A stretch of DNA of 64,000 bases from Euryarchaeota archaeon UBA58 (lineage in GTDB: Archaea; Thermoplasmatota; Poseidoniia; Poseidoniales; Thalassarchaeaceae): assembly GCA_002498525.1 (NCBI GenBank), contig DAHR01000005.1, forward strand, positions 42,478 to 106,477, written 5' to 3'. Below the pieces are notes generated by a model. That model made no database searches, was not told the DNA's origin, and saw only the letters and a program-made list of their open reading frames with translations. Below, one piece after another: positions 9,848 through 18,347 of the stretch. A program made the translations under genes and the position numbers. Every line of letters starts with the position of its first letter. Positions within the stretch are counted from its first letter, which is position 1.

Positions 9848-9924
9848 TGGCGGACCCACCGCGATTCGAACACGGGTTTGAGGCTCCGCAAGCCCCAGTG
9901 ATATCCAGGCTACACTATGGGTCC
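9848..9924 (-). tRNA. tRNA-Arg (anticodon GCG)
   Basis: Identical to the upstream tRNA in acceptor, D and T arms. Anticodon stem GGGGC/GCCTC with loop TTGCGGA. CCA encoded. Confidence 0.8.
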
Positions 9925-9976
9925 AGCGGCCAATCGACCGACGACCTCTGTTTAATTGCGACGGTCGCAGGTAGCA

Positions 9977-10342
9977 TCAGAGTGAGAGCGGTAACACGGT
10001 CTTCCAGCGAGGCTCGGCCAATTTCTTGGCATTCGGTGCGATTCTGGTGTTCTTCGTCTTGTGTGTCAAAACGCCATGCATACCCTCGACTGCGAATTTG
10101 ACTCGCAACTCGACCATGCGGTCGCGCTCGGCTACATTCATCTGATCGGAGTCGAGTTCGATGCTACTCGCTGGCCCTTCATCGCCTTCATTGCGAATAC
10201 TGAGATTGTTACCATCCACGCTCGCACGCGGGGAGAAATCGAAGTCGTCAGGATGATTCATCCAAACGTCGACATCGACGATGAGTCGGTTACGCACCGA
10301 GGCCTTCTTGATCTCGATTGACTTCACCATCGTCGCTTGCAC
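9977..10342 (-). CDS. Hypothetical acidic protein
   Basis: 121-aa ORF between the tRNA pair and the PKD lipoprotein gene. No recognisable motif. Confidence 0.3.
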   Translation of the reverse strand: MQATMVKSIEIKKASVRNRLIVDVDVWMNHPDDFDFSPRASVDGNNLSIRNEGDEGPASSIELDSDQMNVAERDRMVELRVKFAVEGMHGVLTHKTKNTRIAPNAKKLAEPRWKTVLPLSL

Positions 10343-10395
10343 CCGCCTTCAGTTGAAAGGCATTGTCGTGACCGAGTAAGCCCAATTCGATAGGA

Positions 10396-10507
10396 AACCA
10401 CAGAGGATACAGAAACTCAGAGGTTCGCTTGCTGCTGCAGTCCAGTCCTCTGAAACCTCTGTGCACCCCATGCCTCTGTTGTTAGATTGCACCGTGCCTC
10501 TGTGGTT
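10396..10507. repeat. Cluster of CAGAGG/CCTCTG motifs flanked by an 11-bp perfect inverted repeat (AACCACAGAGG ... CCTCTGTGGTT)
   Basis: Direct reading: at least 6 copies of the hexamer within 112 bp in the intergenic region, 3' of the PKD gene and 5' of the 9977..10342 ORF. Confidence 0.6.
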
Positions 10508-10510
10508 CAT

Positions 10511-11704
10511 TCAAGAACCGACTTCGCTGACGCGCGGAATCAGGATGACGAACTCGACGGTGAAAGTCCAATCATTCCCCGTATCGGGATCGATGCCATC
10601 GATGGGCAGGTCTGGGTCGCATTGCACTGCAGCAATCGTCCAAATCCAATCTCCCTGCCCGAAACGAGCGCCGGGTTCGTTCAGCAAACTGGCCACCAAA
10701 GATTCTGCCGAGTCGGCGCTCACAGTATAGCCACTGTTGGGATAGGGATTCATCTCACCTCTGTCGATGCTCGCCGTCGCGTTGAGCGTGACATTGCTCT
10801 GCGCCGTGTGGACCATCGTCGTCCAGCCGGTCATCGGCACGTTGACTCGCAGAGTGAAATTGTCTTCCGGCCATTGAATCGGCAGCAGGTCTCTATCGAG
10901 GACCAAAGTCGCATTGACCTGCATGATCCTCGCTCCCTTACCGGGCAACTGCTCGATGATGCTGCTCAGACCCTGCTCGGTATGACCATTCCATTCGGCA
11001 CTGATGCGCTGCTCCTCCCAGATCACCTTGAACATCCGTTTGACGACCATGAGATGCCAGATCTGAGTCGTCGTCGCGCCCTTGTCATCGATGACCATCA
11101 CCGACCCGCTCAAGTCCCCTGAATTCGCACTCGACACCTCGACGCTCGCATGGTTATCGTCGGCGTCATTGGCCGGATCGCCGTCGCCATTCGTATCGAA
11201 TGTCAAGTCTAGATCCCAGATGAATTCGACCGAGCCGCCCTCAAGGTCGTACGAACCTGATGCATCGATGGTCGCCGTCTCGTTGGTGCGCACGTAGCCC
11301 GGCATTTCGAGGACCACGATCGGCGGTGAATTGACGAAAATCGAGATCGTGGCTCGGTCGCTCTCTCCTCTGTCATTGAACACATCGACCTCGACCTCGT
11401 GATTACCCGCCTCTGCGAAACTGTGTGAGACGATGCCCGTCTTCGTCGTCCGGCTCTCCCCGTCGCCGAAGTCCCAGACATATTCGTCGATAATCGTCGG
11501 CGCTGGCGTCGTCGAATCACGGGCATCGAAATTGACCGTCTCGCCCACATCGATGGTCATACGGTCGGCTGAGATACTGGCATTTGGAGTGCTGGAAGCC
11601 AAGCCCGTGCAACCAGCCAGCGAAGTCATGATGAGCAGCGCTGCGAGGCTCAATCCAGTCACTCTCTCGCTGTCCATCGAAGCCATTGGCGGGCAGCGCT
11701 GCAA
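10511..11704 (-). CDS. Secreted lipoprotein with PKD-like domains
   Basis: Signal peptide plus lipobox (LIMTSLAGCTG), PKD signature YVWDFGDGESRTT, and a Ser/Thr/Asp-rich extracellular composition. Confidence 0.6.
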   Translation of the reverse strand: MQRCPPMASMDSERVTGLSLAALLIMTSLAGCTGLASSTPNASISADRMTIDVGETVNFDARDSTTPAPTIIDEYVWDFGDGESRTTKTGIVSHSFAEAGNHEVEVDVFNDRGESDRATISIFVNSPPIVVLEMPGYVRTNETATIDASGSYDLEGGSVEFIWDLDLTFDTNGDGDPANDADDNHASVEVSSANSGDLSGSVMVIDDKGATTTQIWHLMVVKRMFKVIWEEQRISAEWNGHTEQGLSSIIEQLPGKGARIMQVNATLVLDRDLLPIQWPEDNFTLRVNVPMTGWTTMVHTAQSNVTLNATASIDRGEMNPYPNSGYTVSADSAESLVASLLNEPGARFGQGDWIWTIAAVQCDPDLPIDGIDPDTGNDWTFTVEFVILIPRVSEVGS

Positions 11705-11769
11705 ATAGCCGTGTTGGGCTCAACCCTGGGCTCACTAGAGTTCATGGGGGGCCGCTGTCAGGAGCCGAT

Positions 11770-12585
11770 ATGGTCGGAGGGATGTTGTCAGGATATCGAG
11801 TCCTTGGCTTCGATCTCGAGACTACTGGACTCGACGCGAGGAAGGATCGGATCGTACAATATGCTCTAATTGGCAGCGATGTCGATGGTTCTCACATCAA
11901 TCTCGCTTCATTGGTCGACCCGCGCCGTGGCATACCAACTGCGGCCTCGCGGATTCACGGAATCTCTGAAGAGGATGTCAGGGGCGCGGGTTCGTTCGAA
12001 ACTCATGTCGGTGCTATTTCCGAGTTAATCGAAGATGCTGTGATCGTTGGACATAATATCAGCAACTTCGATTGGCGTTTTCTGGAATTGGAATGCATGC
12101 GCGCGGGCGTCCAGACCCCGATTCCGCGCGCCATCGTCGACACCTACTCGCTGGCGAGGAAACTCAGAATCCCAGGGCGGCGAACCTTGGGCGTGCTCTG
12201 CGCGCGCTATGATATCTCGATCGGGCGGGCGCATTCCGCCGATGCTGATGCGGGGGCTTCACTGCTTCTTCTGTGGTCGATGATGCACAGCCATCCTGCG
12301 GAATTCCGCGGTGACATCGATGATCTGCAGGACATGCTCAGCAATCGAGGCGGCGGCAGCAGCCGACTCGGCCCAGGCATGCAGGACCTCGAGCCGGTCG
12401 CTGGAACAAATGGCCGACTCCGACTCTCTGATGATGGAGCCGTCATCGCCTTTGGCAAACACAAGGGTCGAACGCTGTCCGAGTTGGAGAAATTGGATTC
12501 TCGTTATGTCGACTGGTTGCTCTCGCCATCCTCGCCGATTCCATCGAAAATCGTATCTGAATTCGTCCGCAACCAGCGTGAATGA
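11770..12585 (+). CDS. DnaQ-like 3'-5' exonuclease (DEDDh) with a C-terminal DUF3820-like domain
   Basis: Exo motifs GFDLETTGLD, VGHNISNFDWRFL, HSADADA, followed by C-terminal FGKHKGRTLSEL...YVDWLL. Start chosen at MVGGMLSGYRVLGFD; the track ORF starts at 11686. Confidence 0.7.
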   Translation: MVGGMLSGYRVLGFDLETTGLDARKDRIVQYALIGSDVDGSHINLASLVDPRRGIPTAASRIHGISEEDVRGAGSFETHVGAISELIEDAVIVGHNISNFDWRFLELECMRAGVQTPIPRAIVDTYSLARKLRIPGRRTLGVLCARYDISIGRAHSADADAGASLLLLWSMMHSHPAEFRGDIDDLQDMLSNRGGGSSRLGPGMQDLEPVAGTNGRLRLSDDGAVIAFGKHKGRTLSELEKLDSRYVDWLLSPSSPIPSKIVSEFVRNQRE

Positions 12586-13769
12586 TCGCGGGCATGTCCC
12601 TCAAGAATCGGCGACCAAGGTAGAATCTCGCACCAATCTCCCAGATGAGCGACCCGTCCATCCATGCGCACACTTCCAAGGAATATCGGTCCCTCGTGCC
12701 CCGAATCGATAAGCTCGCTCATCTGAACCAGCGCTTGGTCACGCAGGACCGCGCCGAAGCGATGCTCAGAACCCATGACTTCGCCCTCCTCACCAATCGG
12801 GGGCGTACGCTCGAAAAGTACAGCGCCGGCCTCGCGGTCGAAGCGCACTACCGATACGACTTCGTCGCGGAACATGTGGCCAGGCGATAGTAATCCATCC
12901 TTGCGCGCGACCCACCATATCGGACACCACGCCTTCCACTCGCACCAACCGCATTGACGGTCACCCGGTGTCGCTTCGAGTGGAGTCAGTGAAGGCCGCA
13001 TTCCCTCCCAAGCGACCAGCGCTGCGGGAATCACCGAGGGGCCGTCGGCGACATGAATCGTCTGATTTGCTGAGTACCAGCCCTCGGCCGTCACGGTAGG
13101 ATGATTGGGATTGTTCTGCTTCAGCAGATCTCGATAGAATCGCAGTTGACGGCTGACCTTCTCATCGAGGGCGGGACTGGGCGGCCGGCCTGTCTTCAGA
13201 TCCGCTACGATCCAGCCTTGCGACTCGCCATTCTCATCGATATCAGCGACCAGAAGGTCGAGTCGGCCCATCAATCGGCCACATTCGGAGACAAGCGTTC
13301 CCTCATTGGCTAGAACAATCGTCTGCACCTCCCTCCAGGTTCCGACCGTCACTTCTGAGAGTTTCTGGACACCGACGGTCGACTTCGAAAAGAGAATATT
13401 GAGAGCCCCGACAAGACCGTCGTGAGCCTTGGTGATGAGTTCGTTCTTCCAGCGAGGGTGGCGAGGAGTGCCTAGGAAATTGTCCTTCTCGATCTGCCAG
13501 TGGCGGTCGAGAATCTCCTTCGCTGTGGGAGGAAGCCAGCCGACCTCGTCGTCTTCTCGGTCGGATATATCGAGATTGCAGATATCCTCAACCGAATTAT
13601 GCACTGCGTTACCCATTGCCGCTGGCATGCTTGCCTTGCGCGGAAGTCCTTGGCGGGAGAGCCAGTATTTTCTTGGGCATTCTTCGAATCTACTCCACGA
13701 TGATGGTGAAAGTTGGTGTGCGATGAAGTCCTTATCCATCGATTCGCTTGCCGAATCGTCCTCCGTCAT
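12504..13769 (-). CDS. Cas4/RecB-like PD-(D/E)XK nuclease with a four-Cys cluster and a C-terminal domain of unknown function
   Basis: N-terminal SPSSWSRFEECPRKYWL, catalytic LVADLKTG, QLRFYRDLL, and cysteines C...CGWCEWKAWC. Start chosen at MTEDDSAS to avoid the divergent gene; the track ORF runs to 13919. Confidence 0.6.
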   Translation of the reverse strand: MTEDDSASESMDKDFIAHQLSPSSWSRFEECPRKYWLSRQGLPRKASMPAAMGNAVHNSVEDICNLDISDREDDEVGWLPPTAKEILDRHWQIEKDNFLGTPRHPRWKNELITKAHDGLVGALNILFSKSTVGVQKLSEVTVGTWREVQTIVLANEGTLVSECGRLMGRLDLLVADIDENGESQGWIVADLKTGRPPSPALDEKVSRQLRFYRDLLKQNNPNHPTVTAEGWYSANQTIHVADGPSVIPAALVAWEGMRPSLTPLEATPGDRQCGWCEWKAWCPIWWVARKDGLLSPGHMFRDEVVSVVRFDREAGAVLFERTPPIGEEGEVMGSEHRFGAVLRDQALVQMSELIDSGHEGPIFLGSVRMDGRVAHLGDWCEILPWSPILEGHARDHSRWLRTNSDTIFDGIGEDGESNQST

Positions 13770-13821
13770 GAAATGACTGTGGACGCCAACCCTTGAAAGG
13801 ATGATTGCAGGTTCCCCTCCG

Positions 13822-14631
13822 ATGAGCGGAGGACCGGTGGTCACTGTCGACGATGACCTCGATGCCGAAGGAGCCCTTGTCATCACCTGCTTCCCTTCGG
13901 CTGGATTCGTCAGCAGCATCGTCGCGCATTTTCTTGTCGATAGACTTGGATTGACTTTCGTCGGCGGTGCTCGCGGTGCTGGCTTACCACCGGTTTGCTT
14001 GGTTCAAGAAGGAAAACCGCTGCCGCCGCTGCGATTCTATGCGGGTGAGCCGATCTGTCACATGGACCGCTGCGACAAGATCGTCCTGATTGCATCTGAG
14101 ATTCAAGTCGCTTCGAATATCGCTCTGCCGCTCTGTGATGCGATGCTCGACTGGTTCAGCGAGAGCGGTGCGACACAGATGATGTTGATCGATTCCTATT
14201 CTCATGGACCTGATCAAGCCCATTCGATTTTCGATAACGATGATTCAGAGGAGACCATGCTCGGAATCGGTTCGACCGATTCTGCGCACGAAACTCTTGC
14301 TGGGCTCGGTGTTCCGATGCTGAAACATGGGGTTGTCGGTGGCATGACGGGTGTGCTGCTGGGTGAATGCCGCCGCCGGCGCATCGATGCGATGGCGATT
14401 CTGGCTGAATCCGGGGAGAATATCGGCAACGGGGCGATTCCGGATGCGCGCGCGGCAGCACGCATCATCGAGCGCATCGATGGCCTTCTTCCCGCAATCA
14501 AACTCGATCCAGAACCTCTACTCGAGGAGGCGCAGAGAATCGAAGAGAAGATCCGAGAGATGATGGCGATCCAGTTGAATCAACTGCAGGCGGAATCAGG
14601 TTCTACTGAGAGCAGCACCATGTTCGGCTGA
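13822..14631 (+). CDS. PAC2-family proteasome assembly chaperone-like protein (second paralog)
   Basis: LVITCFPSAGFVSSIVAHFLVDRL...LRFYAGEP...KIVLIASEIQ matches the PAC2 pattern. Confidence 0.55.
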   Translation: MSGGPVVTVDDDLDAEGALVITCFPSAGFVSSIVAHFLVDRLGLTFVGGARGAGLPPVCLVQEGKPLPPLRFYAGEPICHMDRCDKIVLIASEIQVASNIALPLCDAMLDWFSESGATQMMLIDSYSHGPDQAHSIFDNDDSEETMLGIGSTDSAHETLAGLGVPMLKHGVVGGMTGVLLGECRRRRIDAMAILAESGENIGNGAIPDARAAARIIERIDGLLPAIKLDPEPLLEEAQRIEEKIREMMAIQLNQLQAESGSTESSTMFG

Positions 14632-14649
14632 TGCTTGGCTGATACTTGC

Positions 14650-16857
14650 TCAATAATCCTCGAGCGACATCTGTTGCGGACCGGCATCGCCAACGATTTC
14701 AGGATTCTCATCTTCAGGCTCGACTGCACCTTCCTGCTCGGTCGCTTCTTCAGCCGGTTCTTCTGCAACCCCTGCCTCGGCCTCGATCATCGATAGCACT
14801 TCGGCCTCGCTTAGAACGTTGACTGAGAGCCTGTTGGCCTTGTCGAGTTTCGAGCCGGCTGACTCCCCGGCGACCAGATGATCGAGTTTTCCTGAGACGG
14901 TTGATACGACTTTGCCACCCGCGGCCTTGATCATCAGAGCGACTTCCTTACGCGGGCGCGATAGAGTTCCGGTGATGCAGAAAGTCTGACCAGTCAATGA
15001 TCCGCTTTTCTCGACAGCCTCGACATCGGTGATGGTCAGGACATCGACGAGATCCTCTACCATCTCGCGCCTCATCTCCAGACCGCTGAGGAAGGAACGA
15101 GCGACGGTCTCGCCCACCCCCTCGATTCGGACAAGTCGCTCGACCGCCGCCTCGGAATCTGCCAACAACTCGAACATCGCAGTTGAACTGCCGATCTCTT
15201 GAGCAAAACCATCTGCCAATTCGGGCCCGATTCCCGGCAGGCCGAGGGCGGCGAGGAAGGCAGCGAGGTCGAGCGTCTTGCCGTCATCCAATTGTGCGAT
15301 GACATTGGCTGCCGACTTCTCAGCCATGCGCTCGAGTCCTTCGAGATCTTTACCACTCAAGCGATACAGATCGGGCAGAGTCTTGACGAGACCTGCTTCG
15401 CAGAGTTGTTCGGCGAGCTTCTCGCCGATGCCATCCATCTCCAGCGCGCGGCACCAATAGAGGATCGAGCGCTCCAACCTTGAGGGACACTCGAGGTTGA
15501 AACAACGGATGAAAGCACCATCCTCCTGCAATCCGCTTCGACATCGCGGGCAGTTCGTGGGAATTTTCACACCCTGCCGCAGCGGCAGCGGGTCGGCGAA
15601 AGGTGTACCATCGGCATGGAATCTGTTATCGAGGTCAGCACTTGTCGCCTCGCCCAGAACCTCGACGATCTTCGGAATCACATCACCGCGACGAGTGATG
15701 CGAACCCTGTCGCCAACACTGATCCCCAATCTCTCGATCTCGCCAGCGTTGTGCAGCGTCGTGTTCTCGACCGTGACGCCAGAGACTCTCACCGGAGCGA
15801 CGCGCGCGACGGGAGTCACAGTGCCGGTCCGACCGGTCTGCCAAGCGACGCCCAGCAGGACGGTCGTCGCCTCTTCGGGAGGGAATTTCCAAGCCAGAGC
15901 CCAGCGTGGGTGGTGGGCGGTTTTTCCGAGCAGTTCGCGTTTGCGGAATTCGTCGAGTTTGATTACGACGCCGTCGAGTTCCCAGTCCGCAGTGTCGCGT
16001 TTACGGGCCCAATTCTCGGTCACCTGCAAGAGAGCTTCTGCCACCGCTTCATCGGCCTCAGCCTCCTCGATTCCTTCATCGACGCCGGCTTCCACCACTT
16101 CGTTCCCGGCCGCAGCGATGCCGTTCTGCGTGAGCCAGTCGATCGCTTGCGAATCATGGTTGAAATCGGGGGGTGCGGGACTGTCTGGGTGTTTGTGGTC
16201 CAGCCCCGGGAACATCACGCCATAGGCGTGGAATGACAGGTCCGCTGCGTCGCCTTTGCCGGCTTCGATGTGCTTCTGGCGCAGGCTGCCAGCAGCGAGG
16301 TTGCGCGGGTTCGGGGCGAATGAGGCGTATTTCGAGCGGAATGTCTCAAGCGGCATCACCACCTCTCCACGGATGTGGCAATCACCGTCCCAGCCGAGCG
16401 ATTCTGGGATGTTCGGGATGCGTCGAGCATTCGCTGTCACGTCCTCGCCGCGCTCGCCATTCCCCCTTGTTGCGGCTCGTACCAATCGACCGCGTCGGTA
16501 TTCCAGTGAGAGGGCAGAACCGTCGAGTTTCGGTTGGCAGACGAAGCGGCGTCCGTGCGCGGTGGTTTGTGCTACGAAATGGCTGATCTCCGCCACCTCG
16601 CTGGCCTTGTCGAGGCTCTGCATCGGGAATAGATGCTCGACCTTGACCGAGCCTGGAGCAGGGTCTGAGCCGACTCGATCGAGTTGTGGATGGGTCGGGT
16701 CGAGTTGCTTCAATTCGTCGAACAGAAGGTCGTACTCGGCATCTGTGATGACTGGTGCGGCCTCGTTGTAATAGAGGTCTGAATGGTGAGCGAGGAGTTG
16801 TGCCAACTCCTCGATTCGCGCACTTTGAGCGCCCTCCTCTATGCCCTCCCGAACCAT
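14650..16857 (-). CDS. ligA: NAD+-dependent DNA ligase (bacterial LigA type) with a C-terminal BRCT domain and an acidic tail
   Basis: Adenylation motif CQPKLDGSA, LEYRRGRLVRAATRGNGERGEDVT, zinc-finger cysteines CPRCRSGL...CFNLEC, helix-hairpin-helix motifs, and BRCT (FCITGTLSRPRKE...). 735 aa. Confidence 0.85.
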   Translation of the reverse strand: MVREGIEEGAQSARIEELAQLLAHHSDLYYNEAAPVITDAEYDLLFDELKQLDPTHPQLDRVGSDPAPGSVKVEHLFPMQSLDKASEVAEISHFVAQTTAHGRRFVCQPKLDGSALSLEYRRGRLVRAATRGNGERGEDVTANARRIPNIPESLGWDGDCHIRGEVVMPLETFRSKYASFAPNPRNLAAGSLRQKHIEAGKGDAADLSFHAYGVMFPGLDHKHPDSPAPPDFNHDSQAIDWLTQNGIAAAGNEVVEAGVDEGIEEAEADEAVAEALLQVTENWARKRDTADWELDGVVIKLDEFRKRELLGKTAHHPRWALAWKFPPEEATTVLLGVAWQTGRTGTVTPVARVAPVRVSGVTVENTTLHNAGEIERLGISVGDRVRITRRGDVIPKIVEVLGEATSADLDNRFHADGTPFADPLPLRQGVKIPTNCPRCRSGLQEDGAFIRCFNLECPSRLERSILYWCRALEMDGIGEKLAEQLCEAGLVKTLPDLYRLSGKDLEGLERMAEKSAANVIAQLDDGKTLDLAAFLAALGLPGIGPELADGFAQEIGSSTAMFELLADSEAAVERLVRIEGVGETVARSFLSGLEMRREMVEDLVDVLTITDVEAVEKSGSLTGQTFCITGTLSRPRKEVALMIKAAGGKVVSTVSGKLDHLVAGESAGSKLDKANRLSVNVLSEAEVLSMIEAEAGVAEEPAEEATEQEGAVEPEDENPEIVGDAGPQQMSLEDY

Positions 16858-17067
16858 GTTCCGCGAGGTGCGCTGACCCCCTAAAACATGCTTATCATCG
16901 ACTGTTTAATCCTACATCTAAGGGGTGATAAACAACAACAAATATTCGATTGTAGAGAATAATACCCTGAGTTGGTTGCCGGAAAAACAGTGTGATTCAG
17001 TAGTAAGAAATGCGCTACTAACAGCCGATTTTCAATCCAAGCGCGAGAACTCGAATGTGAGTAGAAA

Positions 17068-17146
17068 TGGTGGGCCAGCCAGGATTTGAACCTGGGTCGC
17101 GCGACCCCCAGCCGCGAAGTATAGGCCAAACTAACCTACAGGCCCC
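17068..17146 (-). tRNA. tRNA-Pro (anticodon GGG), candidate
   Basis: Reverse-complement has T-arm CCAGG-TTCAAAT-CCTGG, 3' CTGGCCC-A-CCA, anticodon stem CGCGG/TCGCG with loop CTGGGGG (U33, G37). The acceptor stem has one T:T mismatch and the D-arm fold is ambiguous. Confidence 0.55.
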
Positions 17147-17202
17147 ATTGTGAGTATGTCCGCCGTGAAAGGTTCCTCACAAAGCCTTGACGGCTGTGAT
17201 AT

Positions 17203-17409
17203 TCAGTCCTCACGGGCGACGCTGAACGGTGCGATCTCATCAATTAAATCGATGTGACCGACATACATGCGTCGGCAGCAATATCGCTCCAAGCCAAGAT
17301 CGTCGAGAACTTTCTCTGCATCCTCACCTGCATCAACGGCGGTCTTGTATTGTTCATAGAGGTGTGCGACGACCTTGCCGCAACTCCAACATCGTACTGG
17401 AATAAGCAT
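17203..17409 (-). CDS. rpoN: DNA-directed RNA polymerase subunit N (Rpb10 homolog)
   Basis: 68 aa, [13 protein letters not shown]...YCCRRM zinc-binding motif. Confidence 0.85.
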   Translation of the reverse strand: MLIPVRCWSCGKVVAHLYEQYKTAVDAGEDAEKVLDDLGLERYCCRRMYVGHIDLIDEIAPFSVARED

Positions 17410-17415
17410 CTTTGA

Positions 17416-17862
17416 TCACCTGTAGGACTTCTGCCATTTCTTGCGCGCGCCGCGACCCATCTGGTGCTTCGCTTCCTTGCGGCGCGGATCATTGACAAGT
17501 AGGCTGCGGTCGAATCGCAGATACTCGTCTCGGAGTTCTTCATCGATTCCCTCGGCGCCACCGTTGTAGTGGACCAAGCCGCGAGCGATTGCGGTTCTGA
17601 TGGCGTCTACCTGACCCATCTGACCACCGCCTTGCACATCGACGACGACGTCGACGTCTGCGAGCCGGTTCATCGCCTCAGCGATCTGCACCGGCTCTAG
17701 TGCCTTGCGGCGAGCCAATTCTGGCTCCATGATGTGAATCGGTTTGTGGTTGATGCGTACGCGGCCAGCGCCCTTGCGAACTGTTGCACGAGCGATGGCG
17801 GTCTTGCGCTTGCCGCTCATGTTGACAACCTTTGCAACCTTCTTCTTTCTAGCAGCCATCAC
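17416..17862 (-). CDS. rps9: 30S ribosomal protein S9
   Basis: [15 protein letters not shown]...RKKWQKSYR, the typical uS9 termini. Confidence 0.85.
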   Translation of the reverse strand: MMAARKKKVAKVVNMSGKRKTAIARATVRKGAGRVRINHKPIHIMEPELARRKALEPVQIAEAMNRLADVDVVVDVQGGGQMGQVDAIRTAIARGLVHYNGGAEGIDEELRDEYLRFDRSLLVNDPRRKEAKHQMGRGARKKWQKSYR

Positions 17863-18347
17863 TGGTCACCTCCCCATCTGCGAGAATCGACGCCAAGATG
17901 GGCGCTGATATCGCCCAATCGAACGAACTTCTGTGGTAGGTCGCGGTCGAATGATGCCGACTCACCCCACGCGTGACCATCTGGCAGACCATCTCCAGAG
18001 AGATTCGCTGGAGTTCCAATCATCACGCGGAGGTCGCGAAGTGAATTGCGGCCGCTGCTGTTCTTCTGGTAAGGCAGCATTCCGCGAACCGTGCGCTTGA
18101 GGATCTGGTCAGGCATTCTTGGGAAGAATGGTCCCTTCCTCGGGTGGTTGAGTTTGTACTTCTGATCGTAATTGGCGAAGACTGCTGTCTTCGGTCCGGT
18201 GACGATCGCTTTCTCAGCGTTGACGATGATCACTCGCTTCTGTCCGCCAGCCTTGCGAGCGGTCAGAAGCTCGCTGGCGACATGGCTCGCGAGCCTTCCC
18301 AGAATCTTGTCTGAGGCATCGAAGACGAGGGTGCTTGCTTCAACCAA
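17859..18347 (-). CDS. rpl13: 50S ribosomal protein L13
   Basis: uL13 pattern [17 protein letters not shown]...; overlaps rps9 by 4 nt. Confidence 0.8.
   Translation of the reverse strand: MVEASTLVFDASDKILGRLASHVASELLTARKAGGQKRVIIVNAEKAIVTGPKTAVFANYDQKYKLNHPRKGPFFPRMPDQILKRTVRGMLPYQKNSSGRNSLRDLRVMIGTPANLSGDGLPDGHAWGESASFDRDLPQKFVRLGDISAHLGVDSRRWGGDQ

Noticed and set aside
9625-10101. Two plus-strand ORFs beginning MADPPRFEHGF
   Set aside because: They are translations across the two tRNA-Arg genes (identical N-termini reflect the identical tRNA bodies), not proteins.
15497-16771. Several plus-strand ORFs of 137-242 aa
   Set aside because: All lie antisense to the ligA coding region. Their Ser/Arg/Ala-rich composition is the expected shadow-frame artefact.
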